From the NCBI GenBank assembly GCA_963801355.1, contig CAWDEM010000004.1, positions 352,001-416,000 on the forward strand: 64,000 nucleotides of DNA, read 5' to 3'. This DNA comes from Ignavibacteriota bacterium. GTDB lineage: Bacteria > Bacteroidota > Ignavibacteria > UBA10030 > UBA6906. The position numbers and the translations under genes were made by a program. The notes under the pieces were generated by a model. It saw nothing but the letters and a program-made list of their open reading frames with translations, searched no databases and had not been told where the DNA came from. Numbering within the stretch: the stretch's first letter is position 1; every line of letters begins with the position of its first letter. Below are positions 19,290-28,591 of the stretch, piece after piece.

Positions 19290-20420
19290 ATGCACATCCC
19301 GTTTCATTCTCCGTTCTATGACGAGCGTGACGCTGCGGCACTCACAGCCGCCCTTCGCACAGGAACACTTGTAGGTGACGGCCCGCATACGGAACGTGCG
19401 TCCGCGGCACTGCGCTCGCTCCTCGGAGTACGTCATGTGATGCTGACGACATCCTGTACGCACGCTCTTGAGCTGGCGATGATGACGCTGGAACTCAAGC
19501 CCCGGGATGAAGTGCTGGCCCCCAGCTTTACGTTCGTCTCGACGACCAACGCGATCCTTCGCGAGCGTGCACAATGCGTGTTTGTGGATATACGGGAGGA
19601 CACGCTGACGATCGATCCCGGCGATCTCGAACGCCGCATCACCGGGCGCACGAGAGCGATCATTCCGGTCGTCTACGCCGGTGTCTCTCCCGATATGGAT
19701 GCACTCATGGCTCTCGCCCGTCCACGGCGTATCCGGGTGGTGGAGGATGCGGCACAGGGGATGTGTGCGCTGTACAGGGGGCGGCCGGCCGGGACGACGG
19801 GCGACGCGGGGTGTTTGAGTTTCCACGAAACAAAGAACTACTCGACGGGTGAAGGCGGCGCGCTGATCACCAATGACGATGTGTTCGCGCAGCGAGCAGA
19901 GATCATCCGTGAAAAAGGGACCAACCGCAAGCAGTTCATGTTGGGACTGGTCGACAAGTACACATGGGTGGATGTCGGGAGCAGTTTCTTGCCCCCCGAT
20001 ACCATGGCTGCGCTGCTGGCGAGTCAGCTTGAGAAACGGGAGGTCATCCAGAACCGCCGGAGAGAAATTCATCAACGCTACAATGAAGCATTTGCCCCGC
20101 TGGCCGGAGAAGGCAAGCTCATCCTGCCCTTCATACCGGACGGGGTGGTATCCAATCATCACATCTACTACGTGCTGATGCAGAGCGAGGCGGTCCGCAA
20201 TGATGCCCTGAAATTTCTTCATACACGGGGGATCGGTGCCACATTTCACTATCTGCCTCTGCATCTGTCTCCCGTCGGGCGTGCGCTGGGATACCGGGAA
20301 GGTGATTTCCCGGTGACAGAATCCGTCAGCGGGCGATTGCTGCGGTTGCCCATCTATCCATCGCTCACCGGCGAGCAGCAGGCCCTGATCATTCGCGCGA
20401 TGCTGGAATTCTTTGCCTGA
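19290..20420 (+). CDS. rffA: dTDP-4-amino-4,6-dideoxygalactose transaminase (DegT/DnrJ family)
   Basis: TTSCTHALELA, PSFTFVST, EDAAQG, SFHETKN (PLP Lys), GEGG, REKGTNR and DKYTWVD are characteristic of WecE/RffA. Confidence 0.9.
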   Translation: MHIPFHSPFYDERDAAALTAALRTGTLVGDGPHTERASAALRSLLGVRHVMLTTSCTHALELAMMTLELKPRDEVLAPSFTFVSTTNAILRERAQCVFVDIREDTLTIDPGDLERRITGRTRAIIPVVYAGVSPDMDALMALARPRRIRVVEDAAQGMCALYRGRPAGTTGDAGCLSFHETKNYSTGEGGALITNDDVFAQRAEIIREKGTNRKQFMLGLVDKYTWVDVGSSFLPPDTMAALLASQLEKREVIQNRRREIHQRYNEAFAPLAGEGKLILPFIPDGVVSNHHIYYVLMQSEAVRNDALKFLHTRGIGATFHYLPLHLSPVGRALGYREGDFPVTESVSGRLLRLPIYPSLTGEQQALIIRAMLEFFA

Positions 20421-20447
20421 GAAGCGTGTTCTTGAGAAGCGTGTTCT
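20418..20447. repeat. Perfect 15-bp tandem duplication
   Basis: TGAGAAGCGTGTTCT x2, beginning at the rffA stop codon. Confidence 0.8.
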
Positions 20448-20467
20448 ATTGAAAAACCGCGAGCCCT

Positions 20468-21700
20468 ATGGACCAACACAAGCTCTATCGCACCATACAG
20501 ATGCTCGGTGAGGCGGAGTTCCGCACGGAAGAGCAGCTGATCGCCCACGTTCTGGAACACATCCTGCAGAATGAACAAATCCACATTCGTGGAGCACGAC
20601 TCTGGCGGCTCGAAACCTCGACCGGCACCTACCGGTTCGTGCGCCAGTACGGCGAAATGGAGTCCATTGATAAGAACTTCCGCATCCGCGTGCTGGAGTA
20701 CCCGCTCTTTCTGCACCTCCCGCGCAAAGGCACCATCGTGGGGAAGGAGACCAATGCCTACCTCCTGAAAAAGGGAATCAAGATCTTTTCAGCGACGGGC
20801 GTGGGGGAGATCATCCAGTGGAAGCGCCATGCGCTTTACCCCTATGTCATTGCCATTACATCGGCGTTCGTGCGGCGCGAAATGATGTATACGCTGAATA
20901 TCATCAGCACGGCACTGACCTCGGTGTTGCGCAATCGCCGTGTCGAGTCGAAGGCACGTCTGCTCGAACAGGATCTGGACAAGGCGCGGCAGATTCAGGC
21001 AAGTATTCTCCCCGAACACGAAATGAAGTTCCATTTCTACGATGTGTACGGAGTCTCGTTACCCGATCGCATTGTCGGTGGCGACTTCTTCGATTATCTT
21101 CAGGCGTCGGGAGACAAACAGCGTCTCGGTGTGGTCATCGGCGATGCCGCAAGCAAAGGGATTCCGGCGGCGGCACAGGCCCTGTACGCATCCGGCGCCC
21201 TCCGCATGGGTGTCGAGTATCAGACAAAGATCGGATCGCTCATCACCAGATTGAATCAGCTCGTCAACAAGACGTTCACGCCCGAACACTTCATCTCCAT
21301 GGTATACGCGGAGCTCAGCACGTCGGATAAAGGGCTGGTCATCTATGTGAACGCCGGTCACAGCAATCCCATCATCCTGCGTGCCGAGACGAACGAGGTC
21401 GAGACCCTGCCCGCGACGGGGCAGATCATTGGTCCATTTCCCCGCGAAAGCTACCATTCAGAGTTCACCGTCCTGCACCGGGGCGACATCATGCTTCTGT
21501 ACACGGACGGCATTGTCGAGGCATCCAACGAGCGAGGGGAGATGTACGGGGAGGAACGGCTGATCCGGATGCTCAAGCAGCACAAGAAACGGACCCCCCG
21601 CGAACTGTGTCAGTTGATCTTGGAAGAGGTCCAGCTGTTCGGCAAAATGGCGGAATATGGGGACGACAAAACGCTGGTTGCAATCAGGCGGTCCCGATAA
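20468..21700 (+). CDS. PP2C-type (SpoIIE/RsbU) Ser/Thr phosphatase with N-terminal GAF-like region
   Basis: VGGDFFDY, IGDAASKG, VNAGH, LYTDGIVEA and DDKTLV motifs. Confidence 0.9.
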   Translation: MDQHKLYRTIQMLGEAEFRTEEQLIAHVLEHILQNEQIHIRGARLWRLETSTGTYRFVRQYGEMESIDKNFRIRVLEYPLFLHLPRKGTIVGKETNAYLLKKGIKIFSATGVGEIIQWKRHALYPYVIAITSAFVRREMMYTLNIISTALTSVLRNRRVESKARLLEQDLDKARQIQASILPEHEMKFHFYDVYGVSLPDRIVGGDFFDYLQASGDKQRLGVVIGDAASKGIPAAAQALYASGALRMGVEYQTKIGSLITRLNQLVNKTFTPEHFISMVYAELSTSDKGLVIYVNAGHSNPIILRAETNEVETLPATGQIIGPFPRESYHSEFTVLHRGDIMLLYTDGIVEASNERGEMYGEERLIRMLKQHKKRTPRELCQLILEEVQLFGKMAEYGDDKTLVAIRRSR

Positions 21701-21704
21701 TGTC

Positions 21705-23660
21705 CTATCGTAAAACAATCACCTTCTTTGTCTCGAAGATGTCCGGAGCCTGCAGCCGGTAAAAGTACATGCCGTTCGGCAACTGGAGCTTGGCAAGATC
21801 CACCTGATACGCGCCCGCGGGTTGAGTTCCGTCGAAGACCCTCAGAATCTCCTGCCCCAGAATATTGAACACCGTGATGCGCACCTGCCCCGCCCTGGCC
21901 AGCGTGTAACTCAGACTCGTTGAAGGATTGAAGGCCGTGACGGAGACCGTCTCGGGCGGGGGTACCTCCCGCGGGGACTTCACGGGGGGTGAGACCGGAG
22001 TCATCACGGCAATCGTAAATACGGCCGCACGGGGGGTGCCGACGGTGGTGTACCGCCCGTCGGTGGCGCTGACGCGCCAGAAGTAGTCATGCGCGACCCG
22101 GGGAAGAAGAATTCTGAGCGAGTCCGCAGTGCCCGGGTCCAACGTACGGAGTGCAGGACTGTCAAACGTGTTTGTCGTGTCGATGGCGACAATGTAGCGG
22201 ATAGTATCGCCGTCGGGATCGACAGACCTCTCCCACCGCAGCAGTACCTCCGGATCCTCGTGCCCGGGAACACTGATGATCCGTCCCGAAGCCGGCATGC
22301 CAAGGTCGAAATCCGTCGGGGGATCATTGACATTGACGATCTTGATCGCACTCTGCTGGGTCACCGTTCCTGCGCCATTACGGGCGCGGAGAGCAAACGT
22401 CACAGTGTGCTGCAGTGCCAGAGCATTGGTCGGTACCCACTGCACGGTGCCGGATGCGTGATCCAGCGTCATGCCATCGGGCCCGGATATGAGAGTCACG
22501 TCAGGCGGTGTGCCGGTGAAGGTTGGTGTGTAGGTGAAACGGACACCCTGGACCGCATCCGGCGGTGGTGTGCTCGTGAACTCCGGTGCAACAGGAACGA
22601 TGCGCAGGATCTTGCTGGACAAATAGGGCCCATTTGTCAGGTAGATGCAGCCGTCGTTGCCGATCTGCAGATCGGCAATGCCGGTGACATAGGGGAAGAA
22701 CTTCTCCATGCGCAGTGAATCCCCGGTCCCCGTCCATGTTCCCGCCCATATTGCAGGGATGGCGCTTGAGGTAACCAGAATTTTTCCACGCAATTGCGGG
22801 AAAGCGTCGCCGCGGTAGACGACAATGCCCGTAAGGTCCGGCGCATGGTCGGCGGGGAATTCATACAGCGGCCCGGAAAGAACGGCTGATGAATCTCCGC
22901 GAGTGAGCGGCCATCCGAAGTTGCTTCCTCGCCGCACGCGGTATATCCTGTTGGGGGTGTCCGTTCCTCCTTCGGTGCAATACATCGCTCCGGTCTCCGC
23001 GTCCACTGTCAGTCCCTGGCTATTCCGCAGCCCCATGGCCCAGAATGGCTTCAACGACGAGGGATTGTCGGGGGGATATGAACCATCGGGGTTCAGGCGG
23101 AGGATCTTGCCCCAGGGGATGTGGCGGGAGGAGGTGTCCTGCGCCAACCCGGGGTGGGTCAGATGATCTCCGACGGTGATATAGAGTTTGCCGTCAATGC
23201 CGAACCGGAGGACACCGCCGTTGTTTTCCGTAGCTCCGTCGAGCCGCGGGATGACAGCCAGGAGTGTGGGTTCAACGCCGGTGCCGGCCGAGTCGCGGTA
23301 CCGCTCGACAATACCCAGGCGGTCCTGGGCACGTACGTAGAACAGGTAGACAAACGGGGTATCGGGGTAGGCCGGATGGAGAGCAATGCCCAGCAATCCC
23401 TGAGGACCCTCCGATTCAACCGGCACCGTCACGAAGGGTGTAGTCTGGAGGGATGTGCCGGCAATGAGACGTACGCGTCCGCTGTTCTTCTCAGTAAAGA
23501 AGAACACACCGGTCTCCCGCTGTGGGAACGCAAGGCAGACGGGATACTGCGCATACGGTGCCCGCGCGAGAGTGTCCACGCGGTACGACTGCGCGTCAGC
23601 GTTCCTGACAACGACCACTATGCAGCAGAAGGTGAACAGCCGGAGTAGCAGTGGGTTCAA
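21705..23660 (-). CDS. PQQ-dependent glucose/sorbosone dehydrogenase-like propeller + Ig/cadherin-like domains + T9SS C-terminal domain
   Basis: GLLGIALHP, GKLYITVGD, GKILRLNPDG.P.DNP, GLRN, NFGWP, NVNDPP and DPDGD motifs. C-terminus FNPST...VFNILGQE...G.YFYRL. TTG start inferred. Confidence 0.8.
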   Translation of the reverse strand: MNPLLLRLFTFCCIVVVVRNADAQSYRVDTLARAPYAQYPVCLAFPQRETGVFFFTEKNSGRVRLIAGTSLQTTPFVTVPVESEGPQGLLGIALHPAYPDTPFVYLFYVRAQDRLGIVERYRDSAGTGVEPTLLAVIPRLDGATENNGGVLRFGIDGKLYITVGDHLTHPGLAQDTSSRHIPWGKILRLNPDGSYPPDNPSSLKPFWAMGLRNSQGLTVDAETGAMYCTEGGTDTPNRIYRVRRGSNFGWPLTRGDSSAVLSGPLYEFPADHAPDLTGIVVYRGDAFPQLRGKILVTSSAIPAIWAGTWTGTGDSLRMEKFFPYVTGIADLQIGNDGCIYLTNGPYLSSKILRIVPVAPEFTSTPPPDAVQGVRFTYTPTFTGTPPDVTLISGPDGMTLDHASGTVQWVPTNALALQHTVTFALRARNGAGTVTQQSAIKIVNVNDPPTDFDLGMPASGRIISVPGHEDPEVLLRWERSVDPDGDTIRYIVAIDTTNTFDSPALRTLDPGTADSLRILLPRVAHDYFWRVSATDGRYTTVGTPRAAVFTIAVMTPVSPPVKSPREVPPPETVSVTAFNPSTSLSYTLARAGQVRITVFNILGQEILRVFDGTQPAGAYQVDLAKLQLPNGMYFYRLQAPDIFETKKVIVLR

Positions 23661-23670
23661 TAATACCCTT

Positions 23671-24765
23671 TCATCGGTTCTGCTCTTTCTCGTACAGATA
23701 CGCCAGCGGCTCATGGCGGGCCGTCGTGCCGTCGTGTACGGAGAACTTCCCGCCGCTGTAGATGCGCGCACCGCCATAGTCTCCGCGGGCGCTGATTGCA
23801 TACAGCTCCACTTCGAAGCGCGGGCGCCCCGCGGGGGTCTGCAACCGTTTGAGACGGTTCTGGTCCACTATCTGCTTCACAGTCTCGAGGCATGCCTCCT
23901 CAGGCGATGCGCCCCCGCGCATATTCTCCACGACCATCCGGCAACTGCAGTTGATGAGGTTGGCTTCACCCCGCCCGGTCGAGCCTGCCGAGCCGACTGC
24001 GTTGTCGCAATACAGCCCTGCCCCGATAATCGGCGAATCACCGACACGTCCCGGAATTTTGAAGGCCAGACCGCTGGTTGTGGTAACACAGGAGAGATTC
24101 TCCCGCTGATCGATTGCGCTGCAGTGAATCGTTCCGGAACGGCGGAAGAATTCACCGAATTCATTGCGCAGCGGTGCGGGGAGGAGATCGCCGATATCCC
24201 GGTCCTCGGGTCCGTGGAGCGGCAACCAATCGTCCGTCGCGGAAAGGTGCTCCTTCCAATATAACCAGGCTTCACGGGCTTTTTCCGTGAGCAGGTCCTC
24301 TTCCTTGAATCCGTGTGCCCGGGCGAAGCGCAGGGCACCTTCCCCGACCATCAGCACGTGGTCGCTGCGATCCATCACGGTCCGTGCGACCTTTGACGGA
24401 TTCCTGATGTTTCGCAGGGAGGCGACGGCGCCGGCCTGATGGGTGGGCCCGTGCATAACCGCAGCGTCCAGTTCGACGATGCCATCCTCATTTGGCAATC
24501 CCCCGTATCCGACAGAAACGTCGTTGGGGTCATCTTCGATGATGTTCACGCCTGCAATGACGGCGTCGAGAGCGTCGCTGCCGGCCGCGATCATCTCCAT
24601 GGCCTTTGTAACCGCCCGGAGGCCGTTGGCACTGGAAATCGCGATGGGCCTCACGGGGCCTGTCATGGCACGGGCTGTGCCCTTCAGCGGAACGGCACCG
24701 GTGACAAGTGCCCCGCTGCCGGCAATGACAGCATGGCGGAGGAATTCTCGTCGCGTCGCGGGCAT
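23671..24765 (-). CDS. N(4)-(beta-N-acetylglucosaminyl)-L-asparaginase (Ntn hydrolase), Tat-exported
   Basis: TRREFL Tat signal, SVGYGGLPN..G.VELDA, GT autoproteolysis site, TTTSGLAFKIPGRVGDSPIIGAG and TG.GE. Confidence 0.9.
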   Translation of the reverse strand: MPATRREFLRHAVIAGSGALVTGAVPLKGTARAMTGPVRPIAISSANGLRAVTKAMEMIAAGSDALDAVIAGVNIIEDDPNDVSVGYGGLPNEDGIVELDAAVMHGPTHQAGAVASLRNIRNPSKVARTVMDRSDHVLMVGEGALRFARAHGFKEEDLLTEKAREAWLYWKEHLSATDDWLPLHGPEDRDIGDLLPAPLRNEFGEFFRRSGTIHCSAIDQRENLSCVTTTSGLAFKIPGRVGDSPIIGAGLYCDNAVGSAGSTGRGEANLINCSCRMVVENMRGGASPEEACLETVKQIVDQNRLKRLQTPAGRPRFEVELYAISARGDYGGARIYSGGKFSVHDGTTARHEPLAYLYEKEQNR

Positions 24766-24837
24766 GGGAACAACCCCCAATCGGATTTGGCAGGGTGGGC
24801 TATCCAGTATCGAAAGTAGAGAATACTTTCAAGAATA

Positions 24838-26697
24838 TCAATTCGGCGGAGTGGTGATATGTCCGGGCTGAGGGGGTATTGGTGCGTCGGGAGCCGCCGG
24901 CGCGGGATCGCGGTACAGAGTGATGCCGTAGTAGTCGCGGTCATCGGGAGGGTCGGTATTCCAATCGTTGTATGCGTGTGAATCGTCGGTCTTGTACCTC
25001 AAGACATAATTGCCCTTCTCCAGGACGATGGTGGAATTCACCATCCGGTTCTTTCTTCCCCCTCCGGCATGGAAGGTCAGGCCGTACGACATTTCCCAGA
25101 TTACGGTGCCGGTGCGAGCGTCCTCGATCCACCCATAATCGTACATTGTGCGATTCTGCGCTTCGCCAATCGCATAAATGCGCACACGTGATGTACGGGC
25201 AAGCGTAAACCGCGTCGACTTGTCGGCGTCATCGCCGACTCCGATGATTTGCGCAATAATGTTCTTGTCGTTGACAGCCGTATATTTGACCGCGTACGCC
25301 GGCACGAACGACGAGTCGGCAGCGGAGACAACAATGCCGTAGTGTTCCGGGTCGAAGGGAGGGGAATCGTTCCAATCTCCGTATGCATGGGAGTCGTCGG
25401 TCACATATGTCACGATGTAGTTGCCTTCCGGCAGGGAGATGACTTCGTCAATGTACCTGTTCTTCGAGGCGCCGCCCGCGTGGCGCGTGCGATCGGGTTC
25501 CATGGTCCATACGCGTGCACGTGTCCGTGCGTCCAGGATGCTCCCGTAGTCAGCCATGGTTCGGCGGTTGTTGGCGCGTTCACCGAAGGCGAAGACATGC
25601 AGCCGGCATGCCTTTTTCAGTGTGAAACCGTCCGAACGCGACGTGTTGTTTTCCGCCTTCACAATACTGACAATGATATTGCGTTCTTCGGCAATCGCCG
25701 AGGGCGCAAAGCCGGCGCGCTCGCTTTTCCCTTCGATCACGAGTGACACACCGTAATTGAGCGGGTCATAGGGAGGGGCTGCATTCCAATCGGTGGCTGA
25801 GTGGGAGTCGTCCGTGATGCAGTACAAGAGGTATGAGCCCCTGGGGAGCTCGACCGTAGATGTGACGAGGATATTCTTCTTGGCACCGCCCGCCTCGCGT
25901 GCATCATGACAGTCCAATTCCCAAACGCGGTTGCGTGTGCGCGTGTCAATGATCCAGCTATAGTCAGCGCATTCGGAGCCTGCACTTGCTTCGCCGAGTG
26001 CACGGATGGAGACCGTTGCGGGCGCGGACAATGTGAATCCACGGCGCACGAAAGCGTTCTCTCCGAGGCCGGTCGCCCTCAGCACTGTCTCGGCGGAGAC
26101 TTTTGGAGGAGTGAACGGCGTGACGGCGTCTGCATGAGCTTCGTCCACGGACAGATCGATGCCCCAGGTGCCCGATCGCTTCTCCCACGCGCTGCTGATG
26201 TCATCGCTCCACCAATCAGTCAGCCAGGAGAAGAAGTGGCGTTTGTTCTTGTATTTGTCACCGAACAGTGGTTGCTGCCTGTGATCAACGTTCACGTCGA
26301 AATGGGCGAATGTCGTATGGTAACCAAAGGTGCAGGCAGCAAAGTACGCTTCGTATGATCCTGCGGGGAGGGTGACCGTTCCGTCGAATGTCCGGTCGTC
26401 GCGGAGCTTCTGGGTGTTGCTGGTAGTCATTTCCCACACCGGCTCGCGCGTGTCTGCGTTCAGGATCCAGCCATAGGCAAGCATCCTGTCGCTTTTGTAG
26501 GTCCATCCCTGATTTCCCCCGGCACCCGTGGCATGGATGTGCACAGCCGCCGGTTCGCGCAGGTCAAAGCCGGCGTACCGGAGTTCGGTCTGGCTCATGT
26601 CTCTGAGTGTTGCGATTGACTTTTCTCCGGCAAATGACGCGACGCAACCGGCAGAGAGGAGGGAGGTTGTCAGTAATACGCGGAATGTGATTGGCAT
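24838..26697 (-). CDS. Secreted hypothetical protein made of four ~140-aa beta-rich repeats
   Basis: ATG 26697 after RBS ggagga, with a signal peptide. Repeated DYGWI.D..T...VW.M...HAGG..KN...L..G.Y...Y.TDDSH...DWN..PP.DP..YG. Confidence 0.8.
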   Translation of the reverse strand: MPITFRVLLTTSLLSAGCVASFAGEKSIATLRDMSQTELRYAGFDLREPAAVHIHATGAGGNQGWTYKSDRMLAYGWILNADTREPVWEMTTSNTQKLRDDRTFDGTVTLPAGSYEAYFAACTFGYHTTFAHFDVNVDHRQQPLFGDKYKNKRHFFSWLTDWWSDDISSAWEKRSGTWGIDLSVDEAHADAVTPFTPPKVSAETVLRATGLGENAFVRRGFTLSAPATVSIRALGEASAGSECADYSWIIDTRTRNRVWELDCHDAREAGGAKKNILVTSTVELPRGSYLLYCITDDSHSATDWNAAPPYDPLNYGVSLVIEGKSERAGFAPSAIAEERNIIVSIVKAENNTSRSDGFTLKKACRLHVFAFGERANNRRTMADYGSILDARTRARVWTMEPDRTRHAGGASKNRYIDEVISLPEGNYIVTYVTDDSHAYGDWNDSPPFDPEHYGIVVSAADSSFVPAYAVKYTAVNDKNIIAQIIGVGDDADKSTRFTLARTSRVRIYAIGEAQNRTMYDYGWIEDARTGTVIWEMSYGLTFHAGGGRKNRMVNSTIVLEKGNYVLRYKTDDSHAYNDWNTDPPDDRDYYGITLYRDPAPAAPDAPIPPQPGHITTPPN

Positions 26698-26863
26698 TGC
26701 TCCTCCGGTCCTGAAGTCATGTCCCCGGCGACTTTCGCGCAGCTGGCCGACCCCACGTATAATACGGATGAACCGGCATGGTTGTTGCACAGTCTCACAC
26801 GCACACATTGCATTTCGGTCTCAATTTCGGTAGCTTGCCAGCACTTTTCCATCGACACCTCCC

Positions 26864-27676
26864 ATGCGCGAATATCTGGATCTTGTGGAACGGGTATTGA
26901 CACACGGTAGACGGAAGGGCAACCGGACCGGCGTGGACACCATATCTTCGTTTGCGGAGCACTACTGCGTCGACCTGAGCCGCGGTTTTCCGCTGCTGAC
27001 CACCAAAAAGGTGAATTTTTCGGCAATGCTCCGGGAGGTGCTCTGGTACCTCTCCGGTGAGGACCACATCCGATCGCTCCGGGAGCACACCAGGATCTGG
27101 GATGCATGGGCTGATGCCGACGGGAACCTGGACACGGCGTACGGCCGGTACTGGCGGCGGTTTCCCAGTGCCCGGATGAACCCGGTCACCAAGCAGTATG
27201 AGGTCGTGGAGGTGGACCAGATCGGCAGGGTGCTCGAAATGCTGAAAACGGACCCTGATTCGCGGCGTATGGTGGTCACCGCATGGGAGCCCGGCAACGC
27301 CCTGAGCAGCAAGCTTCCCCCCTGCCACTACACGTTCGTTTTCAACGTTGCCGACGGCAGGCTCAGCTGCCATTTGACGCAGCGTTCCGGCGATATCGCT
27401 ATCGGAATACCATTTAATCTTGCAGCCTACTCTCTGTTGACCCAGATATTGGCGCATGATGCCGGCCTCGCGCTCGGGGAGTTCAGCCATACGATTGTGG
27501 ACGCGCATGTCTATGTGAACCATGTGGACGGTCTCCGGGAACAGTTGAAGCGAGCACCGCGCCCCCTTCCCCGCCTTCAGATTGAGGCCAAACCGATTGA
27601 CCAGCTGCAATTTGAGGATTTCGCCGTCATCGGATACGATCCTCATCCTGCCATCAAATTCCAGGTGGCAGTGTGA
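26864..27676 (+). CDS. thyA: Thymidylate synthase
   Basis: RTG, GFPLLTTKKV, IWD.WAD, SRR, LPPCH, QRSGD...G.PFN and H.Y.NH motifs. Confidence 0.97.
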   Translation: MREYLDLVERVLTHGRRKGNRTGVDTISSFAEHYCVDLSRGFPLLTTKKVNFSAMLREVLWYLSGEDHIRSLREHTRIWDAWADADGNLDTAYGRYWRRFPSARMNPVTKQYEVVEVDQIGRVLEMLKTDPDSRRMVVTAWEPGNALSSKLPPCHYTFVFNVADGRLSCHLTQRSGDIAIGIPFNLAAYSLLTQILAHDAGLALGEFSHTIVDAHVYVNHVDGLREQLKRAPRPLPRLQIEAKPIDQLQFEDFAVIGYDPHPAIKFQVAV

Positions 27677-28182
27677 TTATCGCCATCATTGCCGCCATCG
27701 CCCGGAACCGGGGAATAGGCAAGGACGGCGGGCTTCCATGGCACCTTCCGGAGGATCTGCGTCGCTTCAAGAAGCTCACGATGGGTCATACGGTGTTGAT
27801 GGGGAAGAGGACGTGGCATGCGCTCGGGAAACCGCTACCCGGCCGCAGGAACGTGGTGTTGAGCAAAACGCCGGTGGATGGGGTTGAAACATATGGATCC
27901 ATCGATGAAGCACTCGCTGCGCTCCGGGGAGAGGAGCGCATCTTCGTGATCGGGGGCGGCAACGTGTATGCACAGTTCCTCGGTCTTGCTGAGGAACTGT
28001 ACCTGACCATCCTTGACCGCGAGGTTGATGCAGACACATACTTCCCGGCCTTTGAGCATCTGCTCGGGGGCACATTCTTCCGTGTCAGCAGTGATGTCCA
28101 CGACGGATTCAGGTTTGACGTATACCGGCGGGTACAAAATCCATCGGGATATGCCGCAAGCGGGGAACCGCCGGCGCCATAA
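27673..28182 (+). CDS. folA: Dihydrofolate reductase
   Basis: IG.DG.LPWHLPEDL..FK, MGKRTW, PLPGR.N, IGGG.VY and DTYFP. GTGA overlap with thyA. Confidence 0.95.
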   Translation: MIIAIIAAIARNRGIGKDGGLPWHLPEDLRRFKKLTMGHTVLMGKRTWHALGKPLPGRRNVVLSKTPVDGVETYGSIDEALAALRGEERIFVIGGGNVYAQFLGLAEELYLTILDREVDADTYFPAFEHLLGGTFFRVSSDVHDGFRFDVYRRVQNPSGYAASGEPPAP

Positions 28183-28272
28183 ATTGTTATATATCGCGGG
28201 GGGAAGACCCCGATGGATCCTTTTTTGTGTATCTGATTGCTATATTGGAAACACGAGCAACATGAGGCCGCG

Positions 28273-28560
28273 ATGAAACGCAAAACACGGCGGGGGAAGA
28301 AGATGTTCTGTACCGAATGCGAGTCGGCTCTGGACAACTTCTGCTTCGCGCCCAATGATTATGCTGACATTTTGAAGCATCATTTTGAATGTCAGCGTTC
28401 AGGGAAGTTCAAAGGAGCGATTTGCTCGAAGCTCTTTATAGCAGATACAAGCATCTCCGCGCTCAAGGCTCACAAACCCAAGCTTTCAGCCAAGAAGCTC
28501 GCCAGCCTGAAAACCGCAATCCTGCAGAAGATCGCCACCGAAGACGTGCAAAAGAAGTAG
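28273..28560 (+). CDS. Small basic Cys-rich (putative Zn-binding) protein
   Basis: MKRKTRRGKKMFCTECE...NFC...HHFEC...IC with a Lys-rich tail. Fills the gap between folA and glgP; weak RBS gagg. Confidence 0.65.
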   Translation: MKRKTRRGKKMFCTECESALDNFCFAPNDYADILKHHFECQRSGKFKGAICSKLFIADTSISALKAHKPKLSAKKLASLKTAILQKIATEDVQKK

Positions 28561-28591
28561 AGTTCCCCCCATCGACCACCTGTTTCCCCGG

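Noticed and set aside
26700-26760. c-di-GMP riboswitch in the leader of the 4-repeat gene (GCGAAAGT loop on the minus strand)
   Set aside because: A GNRA-like loop is present, but the second stem and conserved GEMM nucleotides are not evident.
26774-26789. Sigma54-like CGGCATG-N4-TTGCA upstream of thyA
   Set aside because: The spacing is right, but it starts with C rather than T, and sigma54 control of thyA-folA is biologically unlikely. A chance match cannot be excluded.
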